Of a DNA stretch of 64,000 bases, positions 8,366 through 17,377 are shown piece after piece. A program made the position numbers and the translations under genes. Below the pieces are notes generated by a model. The model was not told the origin of the DNA, made no database searches, and was given only the letters and a program-made list of their open reading frames with translations. Each line of letters starts with the position of its first letter. Positions within the stretch are counted from its first letter, which is position 1. This DNA is from Candidatus Nanoarchaeia archaeon (GTDB lineage: Archaea; Nanobdellota; Nanobdellia; SCGC-AAA011-G17; DATDVL01), in contig DATDVR010000002.1 in NCBI GenBank assembly GCA_035289925.1, positions 10,590-74,589 on the forward strand. The letters run 5' to 3'.

Positions 8366-8695
8366 ATGAAAAAAATCAGGCAAAGATTCCACAAGATAAC
8401 CTACGCAAACAGGATAAAAAATATAAAAGCAAGAAAATTTTCAGGCAAAGATTTGAAGCTTGACAAGAAAGGTTTCTTCTTGATTAAACTAGAAGGCAAT
8501 CATATAAAGGTTGCATTCTGTACTTATAATTTTAAGATAACAAAGGTAATAACTAGCAATAATGCTCAGGATTTGTACAAAGAAATAATAAAAAGAAATA
8601 TAGTTTCAAGTTTGCAGCATGCCGCTTACTTAGGCTATGAGCTTGAAAAGGCAGAATATGCATTGAAGCATAAACAAAAATATATACAAGGATGA
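8366..8695 (+). CDS. Small protein resembling the DUF4346 (pterin-binding-like) domain
   Basis: LDKKGFFLIKLEGNHIKV...LQHAAYLGYELEKAEYAL matches my recollection of the DUF4346 signature (HAAYLG.EL.kAe). Not verified. Confidence 0.45.
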   Translation: MKKIRQRFHKITYANRIKNIKARKFSGKDLKLDKKGFFLIKLEGNHIKVAFCTYNFKITKVITSNNAQDLYKEIIKRNIVSSLQHAAYLGYELEKAEYALKHKQKYIQG

Positions 8696-9051
8696 AAATG
8701 TTGAGCAAAAAATCTGCAGTAATTCTTGTTTTATTCTGTGCTTTGATAACTGCAACCGCTCAAGTTCTATGGAAAATAGGCTCTTCATACTTAGAATTTA
8801 ATATTTTAAGCCTAATTACTAACTTTCACTTCATTTTAGGCTGTATTTTATATGCAATAGGATTGGTTTTGCTACTGATAGCATTGAAATCTGCAGAATT
8901 AAACTTGCTTTATCCTCTTTTTGCATCAAGCTACCTATGGACAGTTCTGATTTCATATTTTTTTCTATCTGAATCATTGACAACATCAAAGATTTTAGGC
9001 ATTATATTGATTACATCTGGTGTAGCCTTCATAGGAAGTGAGGCAAGATGA
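8692..9051 (+). CDS. 4-TM EamA/SMR-like small membrane protein (ArnE/ArnF-like half transporter), subunit 1
   Basis: 119 aa with four hydrophobic helices. Start overlaps the previous stop, and its stop overlaps the next paralogous gene. Confidence 0.65.
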   Translation: MKMLSKKSAVILVLFCALITATAQVLWKIGSSYLEFNILSLITNFHFILGCILYAIGLVLLLIALKSAELNLLYPLFASSYLWTVLISYFFLSESLTTSKILGIILITSGVAFIGSEAR

Positions 9052-9383
9052 ATCTTTTAATATTATTTTTAACTTTGGTTGTCTCTTTCATAGGCGCTTT
9101 CGGAGCAATTTACCTAAAAAAAGCAGCACCAAGCTTCAAGCTTAATCTAAAAGGAATTTTATTTAACAAATATTTGATAATTGGTATAATTTTCTATGCT
9201 TTATCAGTATTAATCTTTATTTATCTCTTAAAATTTGCTGAAGTTTCTGTTTTGTACCCTGCAATAGCCACAGTTTATATCTGGGTTAGCCTGTTTTCCA
9301 CTAAGATGCTTGATGAAAAAATGAGTTCAAAGAAGTGGATGGGGGTTTTATTGATTATTTTGGGTGTAATTTTTATAGTATAA
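9048..9383 (+). CDS. 4-TM EamA/SMR-like small membrane protein, subunit 2
   Basis: 111 aa with four helices. Translationally coupled (ATGA overlap) to the paralog upstream, the typical paired-SMR arrangement. Confidence 0.65.
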   Translation: MNLLILFLTLVVSFIGAFGAIYLKKAAPSFKLNLKGILFNKYLIIGIIFYALSVLIFIYLLKFAEVSVLYPAIATVYIWVSLFSTKMLDEKMSSKKWMGVLLIILGVIFIV

Positions 9384-9426
9384 AAGATTAATAAGCTTTT
9401 TAAATAGTGATTTTATCATAATTAAT

Positions 9427-10368
9427 ATGTTAACAGACATTATAACAAATCAAAGATTGGCTTGGAAATCTAAAACTTTTAAATCAGATAAAGACTTTAC
9501 TTTAGATTTAAGAGGGGAAACTTTAGAAGAATTAAAAAAACTATCCCCTGAGATGGCAATAAATCTAAACAGCTCAAAGTTCTGGATTTTATCAGCATTC
9601 CCAAATTTACAAAACGATGTTGAAAACTTTAAACTTAATTTTTTAGATACTGGTTATGGTTTTGGTTTAATAAAAGGTTTGAATTCAAAAGATTTTTCTA
9701 AAGAAGCTCAAACTAATATTTATTGGTTGATAGAAAACATATTAGGCACTCCTTTATCCCAAAATATTAATGGTGAAAAATTAGTAGTTGTAAAAGATGA
9801 AGGAAAAAAAATGGAAGAAGGTGGAAGATACCACCATACAAGACAAGGTGGTTCTTATCATACTGACAGCCCTCAATGGTCCAATGCTCCGGATTACTTA
9901 GGATTATTATGTTATCACCATGCATGGAGAGGTGGAGAAAGCAAATTGTTAAGTGTATACTCTGTTCATAATAGGTTGTTAAAAGCAGATTCAAATTTGT
10001 TAAAAGTTTTATATTCGCCATTTCATTTTGACAAAAGAGGAGAATTCAAAGAAAAAGAATCGCCAACAACTTTAGAACCAATCTTTAAGCACGAAAATGG
10101 AAATTTATACTTTAGATACTTAAGAAACTATATAGACGCAGGACATGAGGTTTCTAAAAAGCCACTGACAAAAAAACAAATTCAAGCATTAAAGTTTCTT
10201 GATGAAGTTTTATTAGATGAAAAATTGGTAATAAGTATGAGGATGCATTCAGGAGATGTTCAATATCTAAACAACCACAGAATTGTCCATGGAAGGACAG
10301 CTTTTACTGACTTTAAAGACAAAGACAAAAAAAGAGTAATGTTAAGAAGCTGGGTAAAAAGAGCTTAA
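9427..10368 (+). CDS. Fe(II)/2-oxoglutarate-dependent oxygenase, TauD / gamma-butyrobetaine-hydroxylase-like
   Basis: HxD facial-triad motif in GGSYHTDSPQW. Distal NNHRIVHGRTAF matches the DN.R..HGR..F motif of the GBBH/TauD clade. Confidence 0.7.
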   Translation: MLTDIITNQRLAWKSKTFKSDKDFTLDLRGETLEELKKLSPEMAINLNSSKFWILSAFPNLQNDVENFKLNFLDTGYGFGLIKGLNSKDFSKEAQTNIYWLIENILGTPLSQNINGEKLVVVKDEGKKMEEGGRYHHTRQGGSYHTDSPQWSNAPDYLGLLCYHHAWRGGESKLLSVYSVHNRLLKADSNLLKVLYSPFHFDKRGEFKEKESPTTLEPIFKHENGNLYFRYLRNYIDAGHEVSKKPLTKKQIQALKFLDEVLLDEKLVISMRMHSGDVQYLNNHRIVHGRTAFTDFKDKDKKRVMLRSWVKRA

Positions 10369-11123
10369 TTTCCATATATTTTATTATACAATTCTTCCTT
10401 TGCTATTAAGTAATCTTCTTTGTAATTTATGTTCATCCATGCAAGCCCATCAGAGGTTACATAGTGCAAAGGCATTCCAGTTTTTTTAATAAACTCGTTT
10501 AAAATAACTTCGTAATTGAAGCCTTTTCCATTTTTTTCAACAAATTCTTTTAGATAATCATAAAATTTTTCAAAGAATTCTGAAGAAAATTTATTTATGC
10601 CTATTAATTCTCCAACAACATCATCTATATTTTTTTTGTAAAAAACTAGGCTAGAAATTTTATTATTTTTTCCAGTAATTATCATTTCATCACCAGTTTT
10701 AACTGTATATTTATTATCAACACTAACAACATTGTCGAACTTAGAATCAATAACCTTCCCAAAGATTTTAGAATCACAAAATACATCGGCATGAATAAAA
10801 AAAATAGGTTTTTTTCCTTTAAGCCATCTTTCTCTTGTAGCAAAAGTTCCCCAACCATGATTTGTGCTAGGATCTACGTCAACATAATCTATATTTATAT
10901 TTTTATATTTATCCCTAAAAGTCTCCATAACAAGTTCTTTTTTAAATCCAACAACTAAAGTAGCTTCCTTAAAGCCTCTTTCACTTAAGGCATCAAAATG
11001 ATATTCTATTATCTTTTTATTATTTATTTCCAAAAAAAATTTAGGCTTTTCTGGAGTTAATTCTTTAAGTCTTTTACTTTCTCCAGCAGCCAATATTATA
11101 ACTTGATAGTCAGAATTTTTCAT
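10365..11123 (-). CDS. Nucleotidyltransferase (LicC/PntC-like cytidylyltransferase family)
   Basis: N-terminal VIILAAGESKRLKELTPEKPKFFLEI (the LAAG.G.R...PK signature). 252 aa. Overlaps the upstream methyltransferase gene by 4 nt. Confidence 0.75.
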   Translation of the reverse strand: MKNSDYQVIILAAGESKRLKELTPEKPKFFLEINNKKIIEYHFDALSERGFKEATLVVGFKKELVMETFRDKYKNINIDYVDVDPSTNHGWGTFATRERWLKGKKPIFFIHADVFCDSKIFGKVIDSKFDNVVSVDNKYTVKTGDEMIITGKNNKISSLVFYKKNIDDVVGELIGINKFSSEFFEKFYDYLKEFVEKNGKGFNYEVILNEFIKKTGMPLHYVTSDGLAWMNINYKEDYLIAKEELYNKIYGN

Positions 11124-11836
11124 TTTACTTTTTTTAAATATCCACCATTATTAAAAGACAGATAAAATTTCTCTCTTGTCTTATCAACTACGAAATTTTT
11201 GTTGGTTTTCATGAATTCTCGAGCAGCTTCTAATGGACCTTCACCAAAGTCAGGCCTTATCTTATTTATGTTAGTATCCTCAACTATAATATAGCTTCCT
11301 TTTGTTACAATTTTGCTGTAAATAGCAAGTTCTTTCATTACATAGTCTTTTTTATGAATAGCATCAAGAATAACAAGTACTTTATCCCCCAGTTTTATAT
11401 TTTTCTTAACTTGTGCAATGATTTTTGGATCTATACTAGATCCCAGAAGATAGTTAATTCTTTTATGTTTAGGTCTTTTCTTATCTTCTTCGGTATCTAT
11501 GGTAAAAATTTTACCTTTATCGACTATATCACATATTGAAGCTAAAAATAAAGCGCTTCCTCCATGAGCAGTTCCTGTTTCTATTATAACATCAGGTCTT
11601 AATTGATAAATAATTTCCTGATAGCACCAAAAATCAGTTGGGCATTTAAGAGTTTGGGCTCCAAGCCAATAAGTATTTCCCCAATTTTTACCCCATCTTC
11701 TAGAATCAAAATAAAGTTTGTGAAAACTATCAACTAAATTTTTTTCCATTCTGCTAGAAATGTAAAGTCTATGATGAACTAAATTTAGAATGGTTTTTAT
11801 TTCAATTTTTATCAATGACAATAACTTTTTAATCAT
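11120..11836 (-). CDS. CmcI-family (cephalosporin hydroxylase-like) class I methyltransferase
   Basis: WLGAQTLKCPTDFWCYQEIIYQLRPDVIIETGTAHGGSALFLAS is the characteristic CmcI-family core. Confidence 0.7.
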   Translation of the reverse strand: MIKKLLSLIKIEIKTILNLVHHRLYISSRMEKNLVDSFHKLYFDSRRWGKNWGNTYWLGAQTLKCPTDFWCYQEIIYQLRPDVIIETGTAHGGSALFLASICDIVDKGKIFTIDTEEDKKRPKHKRINYLLGSSIDPKIIAQVKKNIKLGDKVLVILDAIHKKDYVMKELAIYSKIVTKGSYIIVEDTNINKIRPDFGEGPLEAAREFMKTNKNFVVDKTREKFYLSFNNGGYLKKVK

Positions 11837-11858
11837 TCAAATTTCAACAAGAAAATGC

Positions 11859-11867
11859 TTTATAAAA
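11859..11867 (-). promoter_or_regulatory. TATA box 23 nt upstream of ATG 11836 (minus-strand operon)
   Basis: TTTATAAAA in the divergent intergenic region. Spacing implies a leaderless or near-leaderless transcript. Confidence 0.45.
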
Positions 11868-11929
11868 CTTATGAAATAGAGGTAGTATAATTAGATACTA
11901 ATAGGTGACGAAATTTGAATAGGATAAAA

Positions 11930-11937
11930 TTTATAAA
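11930..11937 (+). promoter_or_regulatory. TATA box 22 nt upstream of the pepM ATG (11959)
   Basis: TTTATAAA. Second box of the divergent promoter pair. Confidence 0.45.
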
Positions 11938-11958
11938 GAGTTCAGATGGTTTAAAGTT

Positions 11959-13584
11959 ATGCCAAGAACTAAGTCTAATACTCTAAAAGAACTTTTAAAA
12001 AAAGAAGGTCCTATTATTTTGTTAGGGGCGCACGATCCTTTAACTGCAAAGATGGCAGAAGAGGCAGGTTGCGATGCTATTTGGTCTTCAGGTTTTGAAA
12101 TTTCAGCTTCTTATGGCGTTCCAGATGCTAATATTATTCCTATGTCTGTAAATTTAGACGTTGCAAGAAGAATAAAAAAAGCTGTAAAAATTCCAGTAGT
12201 TGCAGATTGTGACAATGGATATGGTAATGTAAATAATGTTAAAACAACTGTAGAAGAATTTGAATCAGCAGGTATAGACGCAATATGCATCGAGGATAAT
12301 TTATATCCTAAGAATCATAGTTTTTGGGATAAAAGTAGAAATTTAGAATCAATACCTAGCTTCAGCGGAAAGATAAGTGCAGGGATATCAGCAAGACTTG
12401 AAGATTTAGTATTTATAGCTAGAACAGAGGCATTAATTCAAAAACTTGGTGTTGAAGAAGCATTGAAGAGAGCACATGCTTATGCAGATGCAGGGGCAGA
12501 TATGATTTTAATACATTCCAAAGCAAAAAAACCAGATGAAGTTCTAGAATTCGCAAGTAAATGGAATCAAAGAGTTCCATTAGTTGCAGTTCCAACAATT
12601 TATGATACAATTTCTGCTAACGAATTATACAAAGCAGGAATAAAAATGGTAATTTTTGCAAATCATGGAGTAAGGGCAGAAGTAAAAGCAATAAAAGAAA
12701 AATTTGGTAAATTAATGCAAACAAAAAGAGCTTCTGATATCCGTGAAGAAATAGCATCTTTACAAGAAATCTATGATTTAGTTGGTGTTAAAGAAATGCA
12801 AGAAAATGAAGAAAAATTTACGCCTAAAGATGAAAAAGTAAAAGCAGTTATTTTAGCAGCTGGTTTTGATCAAGCAATGGCTCAATTTATTCAAAACAAA
12901 CCAAAATGCATGTTAGAAGTAGATGGAAAAAGTCTTTTAGAAAAGCAAATTGATTCGCTTCATGAAGTAGGAATCAATGATATTACCGTTATAAGAGGTT
13001 ATAAAAAAGATGCAGTAAATGTAAAAGGTGTTAAATACTTTGACAACGATAATTACGCCAACACATCATCAATTGATGGATTATTCTTAGCAAAAGATGA
13101 ATTAAATGCTTCAACAGTTGTTATGTATTCAGATATCTTATTTGAAAGACAAATATTAGAAAGACTTTTGACAGCCAAAGGGGATATAAGTTTGGTAGTT
13201 GACCGTTCATTAAAAGAAAATGTTGATAGAACTAAACATCTTGATAAACTAGAAATAGTTCAAACCAGCAGAGGTTCATCATCAGAAACAAGGTATATGG
13301 GGGACAATATTATTTTAAAAGCTGGAAGAGCCTTAAAAGATTTAAGTTTACGTGAAGCTGATGGAGAATTCATTGGAATGGCTTATATAAGCAAAAAAAT
13401 GTGGCCAGATATGTTAAAAATTTATGAAAGTATGCCGAAGGATAAACCAAAAGGATTAATTGCTCTTTTTGATAAAGCAATTGAAGCAAAGCATAAAGTA
13501 AGTGCAGTTGATATTTACAGAGGATGGACAGAAATACATAGTTATCAAGATTACGCTAAATTATTAGAAAGATTTTCATCTTAA
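11959..13584 (+). CDS. pepM: Phosphoenolpyruvate mutase (PepM) fused to a C-terminal nucleotidyltransferase domain
   Basis: N-terminal domain has LLGAHDPLTAKMAEEAGCDAIWSSGFEISASYGVPDANI, VVADCDNGYG and IEDNLYPKNHS (variant of EDKx5NS). From about aa 294, KAVILAAGFDQ...KPKCMLEV is an NTP-transferase fold. Followed directly by ppd. Confidence 0.85.
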   Translation: MPRTKSNTLKELLKKEGPIILLGAHDPLTAKMAEEAGCDAIWSSGFEISASYGVPDANIIPMSVNLDVARRIKKAVKIPVVADCDNGYGNVNNVKTTVEEFESAGIDAICIEDNLYPKNHSFWDKSRNLESIPSFSGKISAGISARLEDLVFIARTEALIQKLGVEEALKRAHAYADAGADMILIHSKAKKPDEVLEFASKWNQRVPLVAVPTIYDTISANELYKAGIKMVIFANHGVRAEVKAIKEKFGKLMQTKRASDIREEIASLQEIYDLVGVKEMQENEEKFTPKDEKVKAVILAAGFDQAMAQFIQNKPKCMLEVDGKSLLEKQIDSLHEVGINDITVIRGYKKDAVNVKGVKYFDNDNYANTSSIDGLFLAKDELNASTVVMYSDILFERQILERLLTAKGDISLVVDRSLKENVDRTKHLDKLEIVQTSRGSSSETRYMGDNIILKAGRALKDLSLREADGEFIGMAYISKKMWPDMLKIYESMPKDKPKGLIALFDKAIEAKHKVSAVDIYRGWTEIHSYQDYAKLLERFSS

Positions 13585-13632
13585 GATTAAAGGTTCAATA
13601 ACCTTATAAATAGTTTAAAGGACATTTTAAAA

Positions 13633-14814
13633 ATGGAAGCAAATGAATTTTATGACATACTTAAATCAAAGGGATTTGATTTTTATACTGGAGTTCCTTG
13701 TTCATTCTTCAAAGGTGCAATAAACAAAATTCTTTCAGATGATGATTCTAAATATATCGCTGCAGCAAACGAAGGAGCAGCAGTTGCATTGGCAGGCGGA
13801 GCTTATTTAGCAGGAAAAAATCCAGTTGTCATGATTCAAGAATCTGGTTTGGGTAATACTATAAACCCTTTGACTTCTTTGAGCTTAATTTACAGGCTAC
13901 CCTTTTTGATGCTAATTAGTGGCAGAGGATACAGAATCAAAGACGAACCTCAGCACCAGATTATGGGAGCAAGGCTTCATGAGGTTTTAAGCGCAATAAG
14001 CGCAAGGAAAGATCAGATAACTGCAGTAGAAGCAAAAAAAGATTTTACAATTAGAAGTTTAGATATGCCTGAAGATCGATTCTGGCTAGAAAAAGCATTG
14101 GACAGTTATTTGGGTATTGAATTTAAAGATGGTTCTCCAAAGGCATACATTGTAAAAAAAGGCGCAATAGGCGAGTATGAACTAAAGAAAAGAGATGTAA
14201 AAAATACAAAAGAGCTTCCAGAATTTAAGCAAAAAATGGGAGAAGTAATTTTAAGTAGATTCCAGGCGCTAGAAGAAATTGTAAATGAACTTGAAGGAAA
14301 CGAGGCAGTTATTTCAACAACAGGAAAGATTTCAAGAGAATTATTTACAATAAATGACCAACCTAATAATTTTTACATGCAGGGTTCAATGGGACATGCC
14401 TCAGCAATCGGATTAGGGGTAGCATTAAATACAAAAAAGAAAGTCTATGTCCTTGATGGAGATGGCGCTTTAATAATGCACCTAGGTTCCTTGTCAACAA
14501 TTGGACATTATGCTCCAGAAAATCTTGTTCACATCTGCTTAGATAATGAAGCTTACGGAAGCACTGGAAGCCAGGCAACAACATCTTCAACAACTGCACT
14601 TGATTTAGCTGCTTTAGCCTGTGGTTACAAGGAAGTACATAGAGTTTATTCAAAAGAATCTCTAAAAGAAACAATGCAGGAAATAAAAAATAAAAAAGGA
14701 CCTATTTTTGTGTTAGTAAAAACAAACCAGAAAGAAAAAGAAGTTGAAAGAATCACAAAAAAGTATGAAACCGAGCAAATAACTAAAAATTTCATGAATT
14801 TCTTGAATAAATAA
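13633..14814 (+). CDS. ppd: Phosphonopyruvate decarboxylase (ThDP-dependent)
   Basis: N-terminal FYTGVPCSFFKG, ThDP-binding LDGDGALIMHLGSLSTIG, about 390 aa. Lies immediately downstream of pepM. Confidence 0.85.
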   Translation: MEANEFYDILKSKGFDFYTGVPCSFFKGAINKILSDDDSKYIAAANEGAAVALAGGAYLAGKNPVVMIQESGLGNTINPLTSLSLIYRLPFLMLISGRGYRIKDEPQHQIMGARLHEVLSAISARKDQITAVEAKKDFTIRSLDMPEDRFWLEKALDSYLGIEFKDGSPKAYIVKKGAIGEYELKKRDVKNTKELPEFKQKMGEVILSRFQALEEIVNELEGNEAVISTTGKISRELFTINDQPNNFYMQGSMGHASAIGLGVALNTKKKVYVLDGDGALIMHLGSLSTIGHYAPENLVHICLDNEAYGSTGSQATTSSTTALDLAALACGYKEVHRVYSKESLKETMQEIKNKKGPIFVLVKTNQKEKEVERITKKYETEQITKNFMNFLNK

Positions 14815-14815
14815 A

Positions 14816-15925
14816 ATGGAAAACCACTACAACCCTACAGAAATAATTTTTGGAGAGAAATCTTTAGAAAGACTTCCAGAAGTTGCAAAAAGATTCAAGT
14901 TTAAAAAAGTTTTCCTCGTAACTGGAAGAAATTCTTCAGACAGTTCTGGATTAACAAATAAAGTGGCAGATTATATTGGTGAATTGCAGCAGTATAAAGT
15001 AAATCCAAACCCAACAACTTTTGACATAGAACAAGGAATATCAATAATTGAAAAAGGTATGCCTTACCTATTCATTGGATTGGGTGGCGGAAGCGCAATA
15101 GACACAGCAAAAGCAATTTCAGTCCTGTCAAAAAATAAAGGTTTAGTGGCAAACTATCAAGATAAAAAACTGCAGATAAAAAACAGGGGACATCCATTGA
15201 TTGCAATCCCAACAACAGCAGGAACAGGTTCAGAAGTCACTCCTTATTCTTCATTGATGAAAGCGGACAAAACAAAAGCAAGTATAGCGCATAACTTCCT
15301 TTATCCAAATGTAGCAATAATAGATCCAGAATTAACTTACAATTCACCAAAAGAAGTCATAGCATGTTCAGGCATGGACGCATTATGCCAGGCAATAGAA
15401 TCTTTCTGGTCAAGAAATAACAGTCCTTTTTCAGAATCTCATGCATTGAAAGCAATAAAACTAATTTATCACAATATAAAAGAATCTTTCAGCAATGAAA
15501 ACGCTTTTGAAGCCAAACGAGCTATGTCACTAGGAAGTTGTTTGGCAGGAATTGCAATAAGCCAAACAAAAACAACTGCAGTTCACGCAGTATCATATCC
15601 AATAACAGGAATTTTCAATGTTCCTCACGGCCATGCATGCGCTTTAACTTTGTCTTCTTTTTTAAATTATAACAAATGTGCAGCGCCAGAAAGAGTATCA
15701 AAGATGGCAGAAATTTTAGGTTATGATAAAGTTGAAGATGCAGCAGAAGGCATTAACAATTTAATGGATTATCTATGTCTTGAAAGAAAGCTTTCAAAGC
15801 TTGGAATTGATGAATCTGGGATAGAATTAATAATAAAAAATGGTTTCAATCCTGACAGAGTGAGCAACAATCCAAGAAAATTAACAGAAGAAGATCTAAG
15901 AAAAATGTTAACAAACTTATTGTAG
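14816..15925 (+). CDS. Iron-containing alcohol dehydrogenase; predicted phosphonoacetaldehyde reductase (PhpC/FomC-like)
   Basis: GLGGGSAIDTAKAIS and HAVSYPITGIFNVPHGHACA (Fe-ADH metal-binding histidines). Start is 2 nt after the ppd stop. Confidence 0.8.
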   Translation: MENHYNPTEIIFGEKSLERLPEVAKRFKFKKVFLVTGRNSSDSSGLTNKVADYIGELQQYKVNPNPTTFDIEQGISIIEKGMPYLFIGLGGGSAIDTAKAISVLSKNKGLVANYQDKKLQIKNRGHPLIAIPTTAGTGSEVTPYSSLMKADKTKASIAHNFLYPNVAIIDPELTYNSPKEVIACSGMDALCQAIESFWSRNNSPFSESHALKAIKLIYHNIKESFSNENAFEAKRAMSLGSCLAGIAISQTKTTAVHAVSYPITGIFNVPHGHACALTLSSFLNYNKCAAPERVSKMAEILGYDKVEDAAEGINNLMDYLCLERKLSKLGIDESGIELIIKNGFNPDRVSNNPRKLTEEDLRKMLTNLL

Positions 15926-15973
15926 ATTGATGATTAGCAACATTTTTAAAGATGCTATTTTTAAGTTCTTGTA

Positions 15974-17377
15974 ATGGGTATAAAAAACGTCGTGATGAAG
16001 AATTTAGGCTGGCTTGTTTTATCTGATGTAGCCGACAAGATACTAAGCTTTATTGTTGTAACCCTTCTTGCAAGATATTTAGGTGCCAATAATTTTGGAA
16101 TCTACTCTTTTGTAATATCATTTGTCTTAATCTTTGGGACAATTTCAGATTTTGGTTTTCCAACAATTACCTTAAGAGACTTGGCAAGAAACAAGAAAAA
16201 AAGCAGCTATTACATAGGCAATATAATTACATTAAAGTTGATAATAAGCATAATTGTCTTTTCTTTGATAGTTCTTTCAATTAAAATGCTTAACAAAAGT
16301 CCAGAAATTAATTATTTAGTTTATTTAGGTGGTTTATGGGCAATAACCTCTTCATTTACGCAGTTTTTCTCTGCAATATTCAGGGCTTATGAGAAAATGT
16401 TTTATGAAACCCTAGTGGTCACATTTGAAAACATACTTAAGACAACTTTTGTTATTTTTATTGTAGTAAAAAGTCTGTCATTGAGCAGCATTTTCCTTCT
16501 TTACACAGCTTCCACAGTATTTTCTTTCTTGTTAGCTTTCTTTTTCATAGTAAAGCACTTCACAAAATTCACTTTAAGGTTTGATTTTTCATTTTTCAAG
16601 TATATCATAAAGGAAAGTTGGCCAATAATGTTAGGGGCATCATCAGTAACAGTTTACGCTTATGTAAACTCAATTTTCTTGTCAGTATATCATACAGATT
16701 TGTTAGTAGGATTGTTCAACGCAGGCTATAAATTAGTAATTGTTTTGGCAGCAGGAAGAAGAATCCTAGCAGTTGCAATTTATCCCGCATTGTCAAGGTT
16801 TTACGTCCAATCTAAGGAAAAGCTTAAAGCGCTTATCTTGAAGTCAGAAAAAATTGCATTAACTTTCGCAATACCGGCCACTTTTGCTACAATAATTTTG
16901 GCAGAAAAAATAATAAATCTGGTATATGGCTCAGCTTATGTTCCAGGAGCAATTGCATTGAAAATAACAATCTTCCAGATGCTTATAATCTATATAAATT
17001 TGTCATTTATTCATATGCTTAATATTTCTGGGAACCAAAGATGGTATTTATTTACTGTGACAAGCGGAGCCTTATTGAACTTGGCTCTGAACTTTATACT
17101 AGTGCCTAAATTTGGCATGGTAGGTGCAGGAATTTCTACAGTAATATCAGAATTTTTAGTATTATTAATCTCCTACATCAAAACTTACAGCTTGATTCAA
17201 ATAAATATTTTACCATTGTTTGTAAAACCAATAATAGCTTCAATAATAATGTCAATAGTCTTGCTTTTAATAATCAATTGGAACGTTTTAATTATTACAG
17301 TAATAGGATTAGCAACGTATTTAGTTACATTATATCTAATAAATGGTATTAGAAAAGAAGACTTTCATCTAGAATGA
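15974..17377 (+). CDS. Wzx-like oligosaccharide/polysaccharide flippase (MOP superfamily)
   Basis: 467 aa with about 12-14 TM helices. The N-terminal LGWLVLSDVADKILSFIVVTLLARYLG pattern is typical of the polysaccharide biosynthesis protein family. Confidence 0.8.
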   Translation: MGIKNVVMKNLGWLVLSDVADKILSFIVVTLLARYLGANNFGIYSFVISFVLIFGTISDFGFPTITLRDLARNKKKSSYYIGNIITLKLIISIIVFSLIVLSIKMLNKSPEINYLVYLGGLWAITSSFTQFFSAIFRAYEKMFYETLVVTFENILKTTFVIFIVVKSLSLSSIFLLYTASTVFSFLLAFFFIVKHFTKFTLRFDFSFFKYIIKESWPIMLGASSVTVYAYVNSIFLSVYHTDLLVGLFNAGYKLVIVLAAGRRILAVAIYPALSRFYVQSKEKLKALILKSEKIALTFAIPATFATIILAEKIINLVYGSAYVPGAIALKITIFQMLIIYINLSFIHMLNISGNQRWYLFTVTSGALLNLALNFILVPKFGMVGAGISTVISEFLVLLISYIKTYSLIQINILPLFVKPIIASIIMSIVLLLIINWNVLIITVIGLATYLVTLYLINGIRKEDFHLE

